Positions 43,621 through 59,859 of a DNA stretch of 64,000 bases are shown here, one piece after another. Source of the stretch: the human T2T-CHM13v2.0 reference genome, Homo sapiens; assembly GCF_009914755.1 (NCBI RefSeq), contig NC_060929.1; one strand, given 5' to 3'. The notes under the pieces were generated by a model. The model saw only the letters and a list, made by a program, of their open reading frames with translations, searched no databases and was not told the DNA's origin. How positions within the stretch are numbered: position 1 is the stretch's first letter; every line of letters begins with the position of its first letter. Both the position numbers and the translations under genes were made by a program.

Positions 43621-44779
43621 TTGAAAAAAAATAGATTTTTTTTACCCTCTGTACAGGAATTACCAAAAAAACTTTTCTCAATACTACCTTTAAGAATAGA
43701 GATTATATCCTTCTTCTTGTGTTCCCCCCCGTTTTTTCTAATGTTGCTGAGAGGACTTGTCAGGAGGCGGATAATTCAATAGTTTTTTATACTGTTGTGT
43801 GTCATTTTCCTCTTTGTTTCAGAGTTTTTCCTTAACTAACAGCACTTCTAAGTTGTTCACATGTTGATGAATTGATTCACAGTAATCAGACTCTGAAGAG
43901 ACTGATCTGTAAACCAGTGCCCAAGTTATTTATAAAGGAAGATGCATCTAGTGCAGTCTATAACTGGTACTAGCTGTTTTCTTACCACACCACTTTTTTG
44001 ACATCAATATATGTGGGAAACCCAATCTGTTAGTAATAGATGGCTTTGGCAAGCATAGAATCAGCCAGAGCCAAGGGAAGTGGATGGATTTAAGGAACAT
44101 CTCCTTTAAGCTGAGATAGAGCCTGAAGGAATTATGCCTCCCCCAAGTAAAAATAGATTCAAGGGGTAATCAGTGCCTGTCATCTGGTGCAGTGCCTCTG
44201 CTCCTCAGGTCAATTCCTGGTAGTCATTGGTAAGGTTCTTGTTCTCTTTTTTTTCCAACACTCCTGTTGACCCTTGTGGATTATTATTTTCCTATTTCCC
44301 TCCCCCTCGCCCCCAGGACTGATCTTAGACAAAACTGGGAAGTAGATGCAATTGTCTTAACATGTATTGCATACTTTTTTTTCGTAGTCCTCTTATTTTT
44401 AAAAGCTTTTTTATTAAAGTGTAATACACACAAAGGAAATCATACAGAAATAAATAACTCTGAATTATTAAAAATTGAACACATCTGTAAACAGTATCCA
44501 ACTTCTATCCCTTTTTAACAATTCCCCTTTCCCATGTGATATACTATCATTTGATCTCTTCCCTCTCATGTGTTAGTAATTTAAAGCGAGACCCTAAAGC
44601 AATATCAATGCTTGAAATAAGGTGATGAATTGCTAAAGATAGACTACCATGTATATCAGAAGATAAAAACTGTGCAGAATCTTCCAATTTTTTCTTTGGA
44701 TTAAGTATGGGAGATTTGGGGAAAACAAAATTCAATATAAGTTGGAGAAAGCTTTACGTAAAAGTTGGAAACAAATCTT

Positions 44780-46360
44780 GAATTAAGTGTAGAATTTATC
44801 AATTAGAAGGCAGAAGGAGAAAGAGAGTGAGTGGAAGTGAGAGGAATAGCACAGTGCAGCATAGTACAGAATAAAAAGGCAGGCCAGGGGCTGGACCAAA
44901 GGGTGAAGGTCATAATACAGTAAGAAGCAAAGTTTCAGATGGACAGAGTCCAGCGAAAGCAAAACATTTACAAAGCAGAGACTATAGACTGAATCATGGC
45001 TTTCAGCAAGAATGACAATAATAGACACACTACGGAAATAATGGCTTGACAGTGATATGTTAAGGGCTTTGAGGGGAAAGAGGGACTACGGGAAAGAACA
45101 ATTACATTGTTGTTCTACCTATTGTATGGGCTAATTCTTAAATCTGAACTAAAGGAATGGCTAAAATGGATAACATAGATATTATGAAATAGGAATAAAT
45201 AGAGCTAGTTTACATACTATAGCAGGTGTAGTTATTAAGAAATTTAAAATTAAATAAAGTATTTAAAATCTGTAGAATTGGTTCCTAAGAAGAGCTGGGT
45301 TTGGAAATAAGAGGATTTTAGTTTGGGATCTGATGCGTTTGCATAGCTGGTAAGGACATACAAGTGAAGGGCTCAAGTGGGCAAACAAAAATATGGAATG
45401 AGTAGATTTTAAGTGTTTTCACCACAAATTGACAATCATGTGAAGTAATGCATGTATTCATTGTGGAATGGTTTGGCCATTCCAAAATGTGCATGTGTTT
45501 CAGAATATCATGTTGTATACAACAAATATATATACTTTTATCTGTCAATTAGAAAATCTTTAAAAATGCTAACATACCAAAAAAAATCCCAGAAAAAAAA
45601 TGGGATAGAGGTATAAGAAAGAGGTCAAGATTGGAGATGCATTTGGGAGTTGTGTATGTGGAGAATTGTGAGAATAAATAGGCTGCCATTTGAATGATAA
45701 AATGAACAGAGGGAAGATATCTTAGACTTTGGGTCTACACATGGAAGACAGGATGCTTTAAACATAGGAACTAAGGAAATAAAAAAATATTTAGCAGCTT
45801 TTATGTTCTATGTACTGTTTTTATATGCCATGTACTGTTCTCAGTGTTTCAAGTGTATTCATTGGTTCAAACTGCTTTACAGAAAAGAAAACTGAAGCAC
45901 AAAAAATAACCATAGTGCAGAGTTTGGGAAATCAAGAAATTTCAGGTTTGACATTTCAGCTAAATGTTACAGAAACATTAAATATACTTAGAAAGATCAT
46001 CATTGAGATTTGAGGTAACAGTTTCATTTATATCAGCATAGAAAATAAATGTTAAAGAAAGAAGTGGAAAACATTTAGGACCAGTAGGAGGAGGACCTAT
46101 GTGCTATGAGTTTGACATTGAATGGAAGAATAAACACTATGAAGGCAAAACTAGAGTTTTGGAAAAGAAGTTCAAATATGATTAAAGAGAGATGGAGAAA
46201 AGTATAGAGAAGAGTATATTGCTGATCCATGAAAGAGGGAGCCATTGCCAAAGGGACATTCTGGGAATGTGGAGTGTGCGTGGAAGCATTAACTACAAGC
46301 ATAGGGTCTGTGTTCTTGGTTCCTATTATGGGAAGACACTGTGAGGGGATGTGGTAAGAA
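44780..46360 (-). mobile_element. Fragmented L2 region
   Basis: Purine-rich L2-like text ('gaggtcaagattggagatgcatttgggagttg'); interrupted by other repeats. Confidence 0.45.
45398..45565 (+). mobile_element. L1MA6-8-like 3' end
   Basis: 'gagtagattttaagtgttttcaccacaaa...ccattccaaaatgtg...atcatgttgtatacaacaaatatata'. Confidence 0.7.
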
Positions 46361-47289
46361 AAAATCCTGTGTTGACTCATTGTATGAAGAGCTCACAAAA
46401 GGGCTTACATTGTCTTCAGACAGAAGCAGGCAGTTCTGGGAATTGAACAAATAAAAATTATTAAAGAATGAAAGGAGAAGGGTGAGCAGGAGGGAGGAAG
46501 CTAACGTTCTATGAGAATCCACTTTGTGCCAGGCGGCGTGACAGCAACTCTGACAAATTGGACAGTGTGAGTCTTTAACCCATCAGTTTTACAAAATTGA
46601 ACGGTTTCCTTCAAGTTATCTATGCTTTTTCTGTCTTTATTATTTTACTTGGGACAATTTGTCCTTTTCCCTCATCTTCCAATATTTTATTTTATCTCTC
46701 ATTGACTCTAGGTTGACACTTACTCGGAAAGAAGAATTCCGCTCAGAGTGAATTCCAATTTGGATGTTCTATGTGTAAACATAATCTCATGTACTGGCAA
46801 TTTCCTTGTATTTGAAGCTTGCATAAATATTCACACTTCTAGGTTCTCCATCATCTGTTGAGTAGAAGTCTTCAATCTCCTTAATGCAGTCTTTAAATTA
46901 TTTTATGTCTATTGAAATGTTCATGTTTTGTGGAGACGTAGATGTATTCTTGTTCTCAGACAGACTAAAAAGAATTATGCTTGCAGGAATAAAAAAGAAA
47001 TAATAAGTTTATTATGTACTTGACAGAATTTTACCTGGTGCCTTTATCATCTTGAATATGATAGAGTATTCAGGGCTTTTTTTCTCTTTGATAAAGTTAC
47101 ACTGGGTTATAAATATACAAAAGACTTCATTGCTATATGGTTAAATTCATATTTGTCATCTTATTCTTTTTAGCTGGCTGTTGAGCATTGGAGTTTTTCA
47201 TGTATTTGAGCATTAAAAATGATATCAGCTACCTTTAAAAGATGTAGGTTAACAGTAGGAGGACTGCCCTTCAAATATCAATGAAAGGA

Positions 47290-47580
47290 TTTAAAAATTT
47301 TTGTTTGTATATATTTAAGGAATACAAGTGCAATTCTGTTACATGGCTATATTACCTACTAGTGAAGTATGGGCTTTTAGTGTATCTATCACTTGAATAA
47401 TGTATATTGCACCCATGAAGTAACTTCTCATCAGTCACCCCCTTCACCCCCTCCCATCCCCACCTTTCTCAGACTCTGGTGTCTACATCCCACACTATGT
47501 CCATGTGTATACATTATTTAGCTCTCACTTTTAAGTGAATACATGTGGTATTTGTCTTTCTGTTGTTAATGCTTAATGAC
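47290..47580 (-). mobile_element. L1PB4-like 3' end
   Basis: 'tacaagtgcaattctgttacatgg..gtgaagtatgggcttttagtgtatc'. Confidence 0.75.
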
Positions 47581-47868
47581 AGCCATGTTTGTCATGTTGT
47601 CTCTCTAAGGCCTGTAAAGAAGGTTCTGAGGTTAAATTTCTATTCTTGTTTCTGCACGGGTTTTTTTTCCCCTTGGTATCACTACCATTGTTTGCTCATT
47701 CTTATAGATGTATCCAGAGTCCACAAAAGCAATTTAAAGATGTTTGTTTTTGGTTGTAGGATTGGAAGTGTTTTTAAGGATGATTTCAAATCTATTAGCA
47801 AATATCCTAAGTGTACAACCTACTGCCATTAGATTAGCAGGAGTATTTTTTTAAGGGAAGGCAGAGAA

Positions 47869-51632
<3,764 letters not shown>

Positions 51633-51706
51633 CTTTTCTCAGTATAGCTGAGAAAGTTTATAGAGTATGTGTGGTTTGAAAAAGCTCTCTTGCTTCTCAC
51701 TTCTCT

Positions 51707-51740
51707 ATCGCTTCTCAGCCTTTTGGCTAAGATCAAGTGT
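51707..51740 (+). pseudogene. 3'-truncated U2 snRNA retropseudogene (nt 1-34)
   Basis: ATCGCTTCTCAGCCTTTTGGCTAAGATCAAGTGT is the U2 5' end with one mismatch; 17-bp TSD gaaaaa(g/t)ctctcttgct at 51678-51694 / 51741-51757. Confidence 0.92.
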
Positions 51741-52084
51741 GAAAAATCTCTCTTGCTGATTTTGAGGAATTGCAATTATTTAAGTGAAATTTTGTATTAC
51801 AAAAATAAGAATTTTGGGACACTTTTATAAATAGAGAATTTTAAATTTTAGATAATTTTTTTTAAGCTTTCCAGCTTATCCTGATGAATTTCCTTAGGCA
51901 GTTAAGTTGCTTGTTAATGGATATAAAATAATTTCCTTATAGTATCAACATTTTTTATATGTTTCTTTCTGGAACCTAATCACTTGGACTTTTCTTTAGA
52001 TCTTTACTTACAGTATTGAAAAAGTAAGCATTATAGGAAAAAGTAAAACAATTGCCCTTGATAGCTGAGATGCAATTGATAATT

Positions 52085-52545
52085 GTATAAGCTGAGTTGC
52101 TATAACAAAGAAAGCCAAAAGTAGTGATTCAAACAATGTAGAAATTTATTTCTCTCTTATATGACAGACCAGGGGTAAGCAAATTATCCAGGGTAAGTAG
52201 AGGTCTTTGATCTAGGACGGCATTCAAGAACCAGGCTCCTTTTGTTTGATTACCAGTTTTTGGGATGTTCCCTTTTTCTTAATGGAGAGAACTATCTCAC
52301 CAGCACCATGTCTGCATTCAAGACTATAGGAGAGGGAAAGAGAGTGGTTGGAATTTCTAAGAAAGAAGATGCGGTCATCATTTCTGCCCATTTCTCAAAA
52401 GACTATAACCATGCTTTGCCTCAAGGGAGGTTGGGAAATACAGGGCCTTCCTTGCAGGCCATTAGTCCCCACTGAAATTAAAGGAGTTTTGTTTTTTTTT
52501 TTTAACAGAAGGAATGGATAGATACTAGGGTATTATTTGGTAGTC
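52085..52545. mobile_element. Old MLT1-type LTR relic
   Basis: 'gttgctataacaaa...tttatttctctcttatatgacag...caagggaggttgggaaata'. Confidence 0.5.
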
Positions 52546-52932
52546 TCTTCCAAAACACTTAGGCAAGTTAATAACATCCATGAATTGAAAATCTTGCAGA
52601 AATGAGATAATACAAAACAGCTGGGGAAAAGTAGAGAATTTTATAAATAGTATGAAGCTTCAGCTTAGCGTTAGGATTATAATACAATTTATCAGATCTT
52701 CTATTACAGGCTATTTATAAATTAGGGAAATGTAAGAGACAATGTTAACAAATATTTTTTCTCCCGGCTCATGGAAAAAATAACAATGCTGAAAAGTAAT
52801 TAGTTTTACATTCCTTCCCTGTACACCTAGTGAGAACTCCTCAGTGCATAACATTCATATTCTCATTTTTCCCCTACCCTCTGCCAGTGTGCTGGACTCT
52901 GCTTTCATTGTGCTTCCAATCCATTCAGATTC

Positions 52933-52933
<1 letters not shown>

Positions 52934-52970
<37 letters not shown>

Positions 52971-53730
52971 CTTTAAGTTTTAGGGTACATGTGCACAATG
53001 TGCAGGTTAGTTACATATGTATACATGTGCCATGTTGGTGTGCTGCACTCATTAACTCGTCATTTAACATTAGGTATATCTCCTAATGCTATCCCTCCCC
53101 CCTCCCCCCACCCCACAAGAGTCCCCAGAGTGTGATGTTCCCCTTCCTGTGTCCATGTGTTCTCATTATTCAATTCCCACCTATGAGTGAGAACATGCAG
53201 TGTTTGGTTTTTTGTCCTTGCGATAGTTTACTGAGAATGATGATTTCCAGTTTCATCCATGTCCCTACAAAGGACATGAACTCATCATTTTTTATGACTG
53301 CATTGTATTCCATGGTGTAAATGTGCCACATTTTCTTAATCCAGTCTATCATTGTTGGACATTTGGGTTGGTTTCAAGTCTTTGCTATTGTGAATAGTGC
53401 CGCAATAAACATACGTGTGCATGTGTCTTTATAGCAGCATGATTTATAGTCCTTTGGGTATATACCCAGTAATGGGGTGGCTGGGTCAAATGGTATTTCT
53501 AGTTCTAGATCCCTGAGGAATCGCCACACTGACTTCCACAATGGTTGAACTAGTTTACAGTCCCACAGTGTAAAATTGTTCCTATTTCTCCACATCCTCT
53601 CTAGCACCTGTTGTTTCCTGACTTTTGAATGATCACCATTCTAACTGGTGTGAGATGGTATCACATTGTGGTTTTGATTTGCTTTTCTCTGATGGCCGGT
53701 GATGGTGAGCAGTTTTTCATGTGTTGTTTT
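52934..53730 (-). mobile_element. 5'-truncated young L1PA (L1PA3-like) with (TAT)n tail
   Basis: Low-divergence 3'UTR and ORF2 end; (ATT)~10 tail at 52938-52969; candidate 6-bp TSD gattct (52928-52933 / 53731-53736). Confidence 0.92.
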
Positions 53731-55305
53731 GATTCTAATAACTAGAAAGCATTTGCTTTTTAGTTATTTGCAGTCTTGCTCAATTCCTTATAAAGGCACA
53801 GTGACAACTCTGGCAGTTTAAGCATAAAAACCCAATGAAAAATTCCCATAAAGCAATATCTACAGATAAAACAGTTTATCACTTTACATAAAGGAGCCAA
53901 GCTCAAGCCTAGAATGAATTTTGAAGGCATTTCCCTTAAAGCTAGTGAATAAAAAAGATTATAGATAAAAACACAAATATAATTCAACAGCATGCATCTT
54001 TGCCAGTTTTCTTTTCCTTTTTCTTTTTTTTTCATAAGAGTGTTATCCTCACTTTATTTGCTTGTGCTGTAGCTTTTGGAAATGTCCAAGACTTATCTAG
54101 TTTAGAATACATATATAGCCTTCATAGAACATAGCGTGGTTTTATATTCATCCTTGTGGACTATTAGCTTTAATGGCTGCGATAATTCCTTCTCTCAGTG
54201 ATTCCCACCCTATGAACATATCCATGCCTCCATAACTCTAAGGTAGGGTCTTTATATCAATAGTAATATGATTAATGAAAAAGACACTTTTTAGTTTACA
54301 TTAAAAATACCAATTCTAGGTGTTTGGTTCACTTGCTTCTCACTGCTGGAATTGGCTGGAGGAAAAACTGTAGCCAATATGATATTTGTTTCAAATTTTC
54401 TGTTCCATGGTTAGAATTCTTGGCTATAAACCCTCTTCTTTATCCTCATCATAAAGTTGAGTGTACCCTTGTCCAATCTACTGCTTCTAGTAAAGATGGA
54501 CAAGGGCAAATGCTCAGGTTAGGAGTCCTAAGCAGACATTTCAAGCAGACTGAAGATGAGGCTCACTGATACCTAGCCGATATCTTTTATTTCAATATGC
54601 ACATCCCGTGTAATTACAGTAGTAGACAGACACTGCACAGCTCATAGACAAAGATGGATAACTTGATAACATTTTATAATTTTCTTGATAAGTGTTGGCA
54701 AAGGCAATATATTAGTCACACTGTCTAGGGCATCAAATGTCATAGTGATAATGGGGTTTGGGACCACGTGTTTCCTTTGGTGACAGGCTGCCACATGCTG
54801 TTCTGTGGTTTTAGACTGGTACTAGAAAAAGATAAGAGAAGGTTGCAAGGAGGTGAGAAGTATATGAATCAATTCCTGGGGTGTCCTGAGGCTCAGAAGA
54901 AAATGACTTGAAACAATTCTAGCTCTCACTTTTTTCCTTCAATCAATTCCCAGCTGGGCTGTGACAGAAGGCAGATGATAAGAAAAGAAGAGAGTGAAAA
55001 AGTACAGCCACTTTATAAGAGAAGAAGTTTCCCAGAGGGAAGGAGAGTGAAAAAGAAAAAAAAGTAACGAGCTTTCTTGGAGGAGGCAGATTACAGTGAA
55101 ATCTTTAGACGTTTTAAACATCAGCAGTAACAGCTGTTAAGCAGTCAGAACAGGTGTAACGGGGTTTGGTGGAAAAGGGCTTCGCTATAGCCATACAGCC
55201 TTGCTATATTACCCAGTACTCATGTCTTTGTCAATGAAAAACTTCCTTGGTGAGTTGACAATGAAGACACAAGAAACCTTCCCAGTTGCCATGTGACCTT
55301 TATGT

Positions 55306-55391
55306 AGTTATTACAAAGGTATTATGATTTCCACATAAAGCAAATGATCTTGTTTGCTTTATGTGGAAATCGTAATAACTTTGTAATAACT
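55306..55391. repeat. Near-perfect inverted repeat (39-bp arms, 8-nt loop)
   Basis: 55306-55344 is the reverse complement of 55353-55391 at 37/39 positions. Confidence 0.93.
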
Positions 55392-55452
55392 TTGTAATAA
55401 CAAGCAAGAAACCACAAGAGTCTCCTCAATCTTAACTTAGTTGAAAAAAGAC

Positions 55453-55505
55453 TGTTTTAGTCATGAAGTCTTTGCCCATGCCTATGTCCTGAATGGTATT
55501 GCCTA
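55453..55505 (-). mobile_element. Orphan 53-bp internal L1PA ORF2 fragment
   Basis: tgttttagtcatgaagtctttgcccatgcctatgtcctgaatggtattgccta; homologous to about 48936-48988; no tail and no TSD seen. Confidence 0.85.
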
Positions 55506-56754
55506 CGTAGGAAAACATAATTTAATACTTCATTCAGTTCTGCATTTTATGTGTATTTTTTTGTAACATCATCCAAGCTTGATTTTACATGTTTTAAGGG
55601 GAAAGGTTGGGTGCTTCTGTGTCCCCCATAAACTGAAGTTTTGCTGGACACATACTTGTACCTGCTAAGTCACATATATACTTGTGATTTATAAGGCTGA
55701 AGTATAGAAATTCAGGAAATTGTATTACAAATGAATTACTTGCATTTGTCATTCTCTGTGGTTTATTAAAGCAAAATGAGATTGAGGGAGTATAGAATGT
55801 TTTTTTCACAGAACTTTGGAATAAAGGTGTTAATTGTTGAAGCTTAAAAAGTATTAATAATGACAACAATAATAGTACCTAATTAAAGGAAGATTAGGTT
55901 AGTTCATACTTAAAGGGTTAAGGCAATATTTGGAGAATATTCTTACAATGGGCTGTAAGAGAAACAAATATTTTTACTTATTTTGGGAAATGTTATTTTC
56001 TAGTATGTTCCTGTGCAAATCAGGATTTTAGAAACATAGACCTGAAATTTCTAGGTTTCTTGAGGAAGCAACTGATTGATGGCTATTTTCTCCATTCTTG
56101 GCAGCCCAAATGAATGACTCCAATTTATGGAAGATAGAAAAGGGCATAAGGAGAAACATAGGAGACATATTCAAATATTCATGTCCATACTCTCACACAT
56201 GTTTAGGAATACTTCAGGTTTGTTTTTGATGATGGCAGAATCTAGGTAACTTTCAAGATTTGAGAAAGTAGCTAAATAATTGCTTATTTTGTTTCTATTC
56301 AAATATTGAATGTACATCTTCAAGGTACTCAAGGTCTTTGCTAGAGATGCTGGAAGAACTTTGCGTCTAATCCAGAGAATTGTAGAGTAACAACTTGATT
56401 CTCTCTTTGATGCCATCTCATCGAAAGACTTGTGAAATGTACAATCCTAGACACAAGCTATATGCTCAGTAACTATTTTTTTAGGTTTTATAAGCTTTGG
56501 ATAAGTCACCTATGTACAATGAATTATTTTGCACTATGAACATAGATTTATTTTTGTGGACTACAAGGGTTTCAGCATTCTATCCTGATATTTGCCCCCA
56601 CACTCTTTATTAATATTAAAATAGAGAACATTTTTTATATTAACAGCCCCTGTCCCAAAAGAACTACACACATATGGATTAAAGTTGAGGCAGAGCCTAG
56701 TACTCTGTCTATACCTCATGTTTAGTTCTTATTTAGATATGCTTAATTTTTTTA

Positions 56755-57390
56755 AAAAACATTTTTAATTTTTGTGGGTATACAGTAGGTATATATATTT
56801 ATGAGGTACAGGAGACATTTTGATACAGGCATACAATGCGTAATAATCACATCAGGGTAAATGAGGTATCCATCATTTCAAACATGTATCCTTTATGTTA
56901 CAAACAAAACAATTATACTCTTTTAGTTATTATGATATGTATAATTAAATTGACTATAGTCACCCCTTGTGCTATCAAATACAAGGTCTTATTAATTCTA
57001 TCTATTTTTTGTACCCACTAATCATACCTATCTCCCCCCACCCCCACTACCCTTCCCACCTTCTGATAAACCATCCTTCTACTCTCTATGCCTATGAGTT
57101 CAATTGTTTTGATTTTTGATCCTACAAATAAGTGAGAACATGTGATGTTTGTCTTTCTGTGCCTAGGTTATTTCACTTAACATAATGATCTCCATTTCCA
57201 TTCATGTTGTTGCAAATAACAGGATCTCATTTGTTTTTATGGCCAAATAATACTCCATTGTGTATATATGTAGCACATTTTCTTTATCCATTCATCTATT
57301 GATGGACACTTAAGTTGCTTCCAAATCTTGGCTATTGTGGACAGTGCTGCAACAAACGTAGGTGTGCAGATATCACTTCAACATGCTGAT
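56755..57390 (-). mobile_element. L1MA2-like 3' fragment
   Basis: 'tttttgtgggtatacagtaggtatatatatttatgaggtac..'; probable TSD agatatgcttaatttt (56735-56750) / agaaatacttaatttt (57391-57406). Confidence 0.85.
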
Positions 57391-59213
57391 AGAAATACTT
57401 AATTTTATTTCAGTGTTTGTACTTATGGTCCAATGATTGTTTCCTTAACAGTTGTGGTGACTTTGAAAGAATGTATTATGTTTCTAAGGAGAAAAAGAGA
57501 GACATTTAGGAGCTTTCTACATGAAATTTTATCAGTCTAAGGAATCACACATGGAGGGAATTGAGAAATTAAAATTATGTTTTGAAAGCAAAATTTTTCC
57601 TCTTTGAAAAATTAGCTTATCAGGCAATTCCTTCAAGCATTAAGAAAAAGATCTGCCAATAGAAACAGCCTCCCCGTGGATTTTCAAAATTTTAGATTTT
57701 ACCTATGTTTTGCATCTTTATTAATCTCCAGACGATTTACTAGTGGGCTGGGCTTAAGATCTGCAAATATGATAAAGCGATAAAGCTAACAAAATGCAAA
57801 TACCAAAACACCCAGTGATGACAGATAAATGTCAGGTTTGTGCTGAGATATAAGATATAAGAAGAAAGAACTTAAAAGACCATTATTGAGGGAAAATGCC
57901 ATTTTTTCCAGTAGTAAGAGATCAATTTTGCACATTAGTTTTTTTCTGTATAATTGTACATTGAAATATGTTTGTGAATAACATAATATTTAAATGCATT
58001 TCTTAGTTCAAAACATAGTTTTTTCTTAACCTTGAAACCTTCTCTCTCCTTTAGAAACCCCTTTTGCTTATTCCATTACAGAAAAAATCTTCTCATGTTT
58101 TCTTTCAGACAAGATTAAATAACCCTATAAAAAGTGTTCTGATTAATGCCTATAAGAGAACAAAGCATAGACAAGTTTAACATCTAAATGAAATGACAGG
58201 ACAAACTGACCGATAAAAGCATATACCTTAAGGTATTTTGGGGAAGAAATAAATTGCACTACTCATAGTGTTGCAGTACCACATACTGTGTAGAGCCGCT
58301 GGGGTCAGGAAGATGCAGTGGTCATAATGAAAAAGCATTTATTATGCATGAGTCAATTCCCTTACATTGTGTCTGGAAGATGTTGTGCTTGGCAGTAGAG
58401 GACTAGTGGGAATAAGAGTTTTAAGTTCTTTTTCGGTAACCTGAAAATAAATCAGAAGTCAAACATGATCATCTCACATAGCAGAGCTCCTTTTATTCTT
58501 ATACACATCAACTGGGGCCTGCTTCTCTTTAATTAATGGACACATACATCAAACCAACTGACAGAAAAGCTTTCCCAGAATCATTTTTGACTCCTTTTAT
58601 AGCTTGATTTATTCTGGGGTCACTCGCTGCCTGTTTTCGGCAATGGTAAAAAAAGTGTTTTGAGTTCACTAGGACTTAGGGATAATTGGTTATGATGGTT
58701 TATTCTAAATTGAAGTTTTTTTTTTTTGCAGCCAAGGATGGAGTTTTGAGTTTTCAAACTGAATTACTTCCCTGTGTAAAATACAGTGGATTTTCCTGGC
58801 TTTGAGTGTTTGCCCAAATCCTATGCGGGACGTTCTCCTATCCACCTCTGCCAGTAATATCCCTCATGGAAGCCTAAATGCTACATCCTCTGGACCCTTT
58901 CCTTACCTACTCTCAGCTCCACTCAGAGGGAGCTGTCCCCTTAAAAATTCTGTAATTTATTTTATATTATTTTCTTACAACACTTTGAACATGCTGCCTT
59001 GCATTATGGTTATTTGTGCACATATCTGTTTCTGCATAGCATTTCTAAACAATTAACTTATCATTATATCGTCTCTTCCTGTTTCCTTTCTCCCTCTCTC
59101 CCATTCCAGCAGCAATGTTGTCAGGTGAGCCTTGCCTCCAGGGAAGGATGTGACAGAAGGGAAAGCACATACCAAGAGATCCTCCTGAGTTTCGTTTCCC
59201 AAATATTCAGCCT

Positions 59214-59595
<382 letters not shown>

Positions 59596-59859
59596 CTATC
59601 ACTAGAAATTTCTCTTCAGGGTTTGGGAAGGAAAGAACAACAGAGGGGAAATGATTAGAGAATAGAAGTTGCTGTTTCTGGGATTGGGACCCTGGAGGCA
59701 GTGAGGGAAGAACTTGCAAAGCAGTCTAGGCTGCTACACTCATCAGACTTCAGAGTGTGGAGTGTCCCAGAAGGAAAAAAAAAAATCAGTCTCTTGTTCT
59801 CAAGTAGTAGTACATAGTTGCCAGTAGATAATAAGAACTGTAAGTTATTTTCTGTAAAC

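Noticed and set aside
55306-55391. MADE1 / miR-548-type hairpin
   Set aside because: It lacks the MADE1 terminal repeat TTAGGTTGGTGCAAAAGT; kept as an unexplained palindrome instead.
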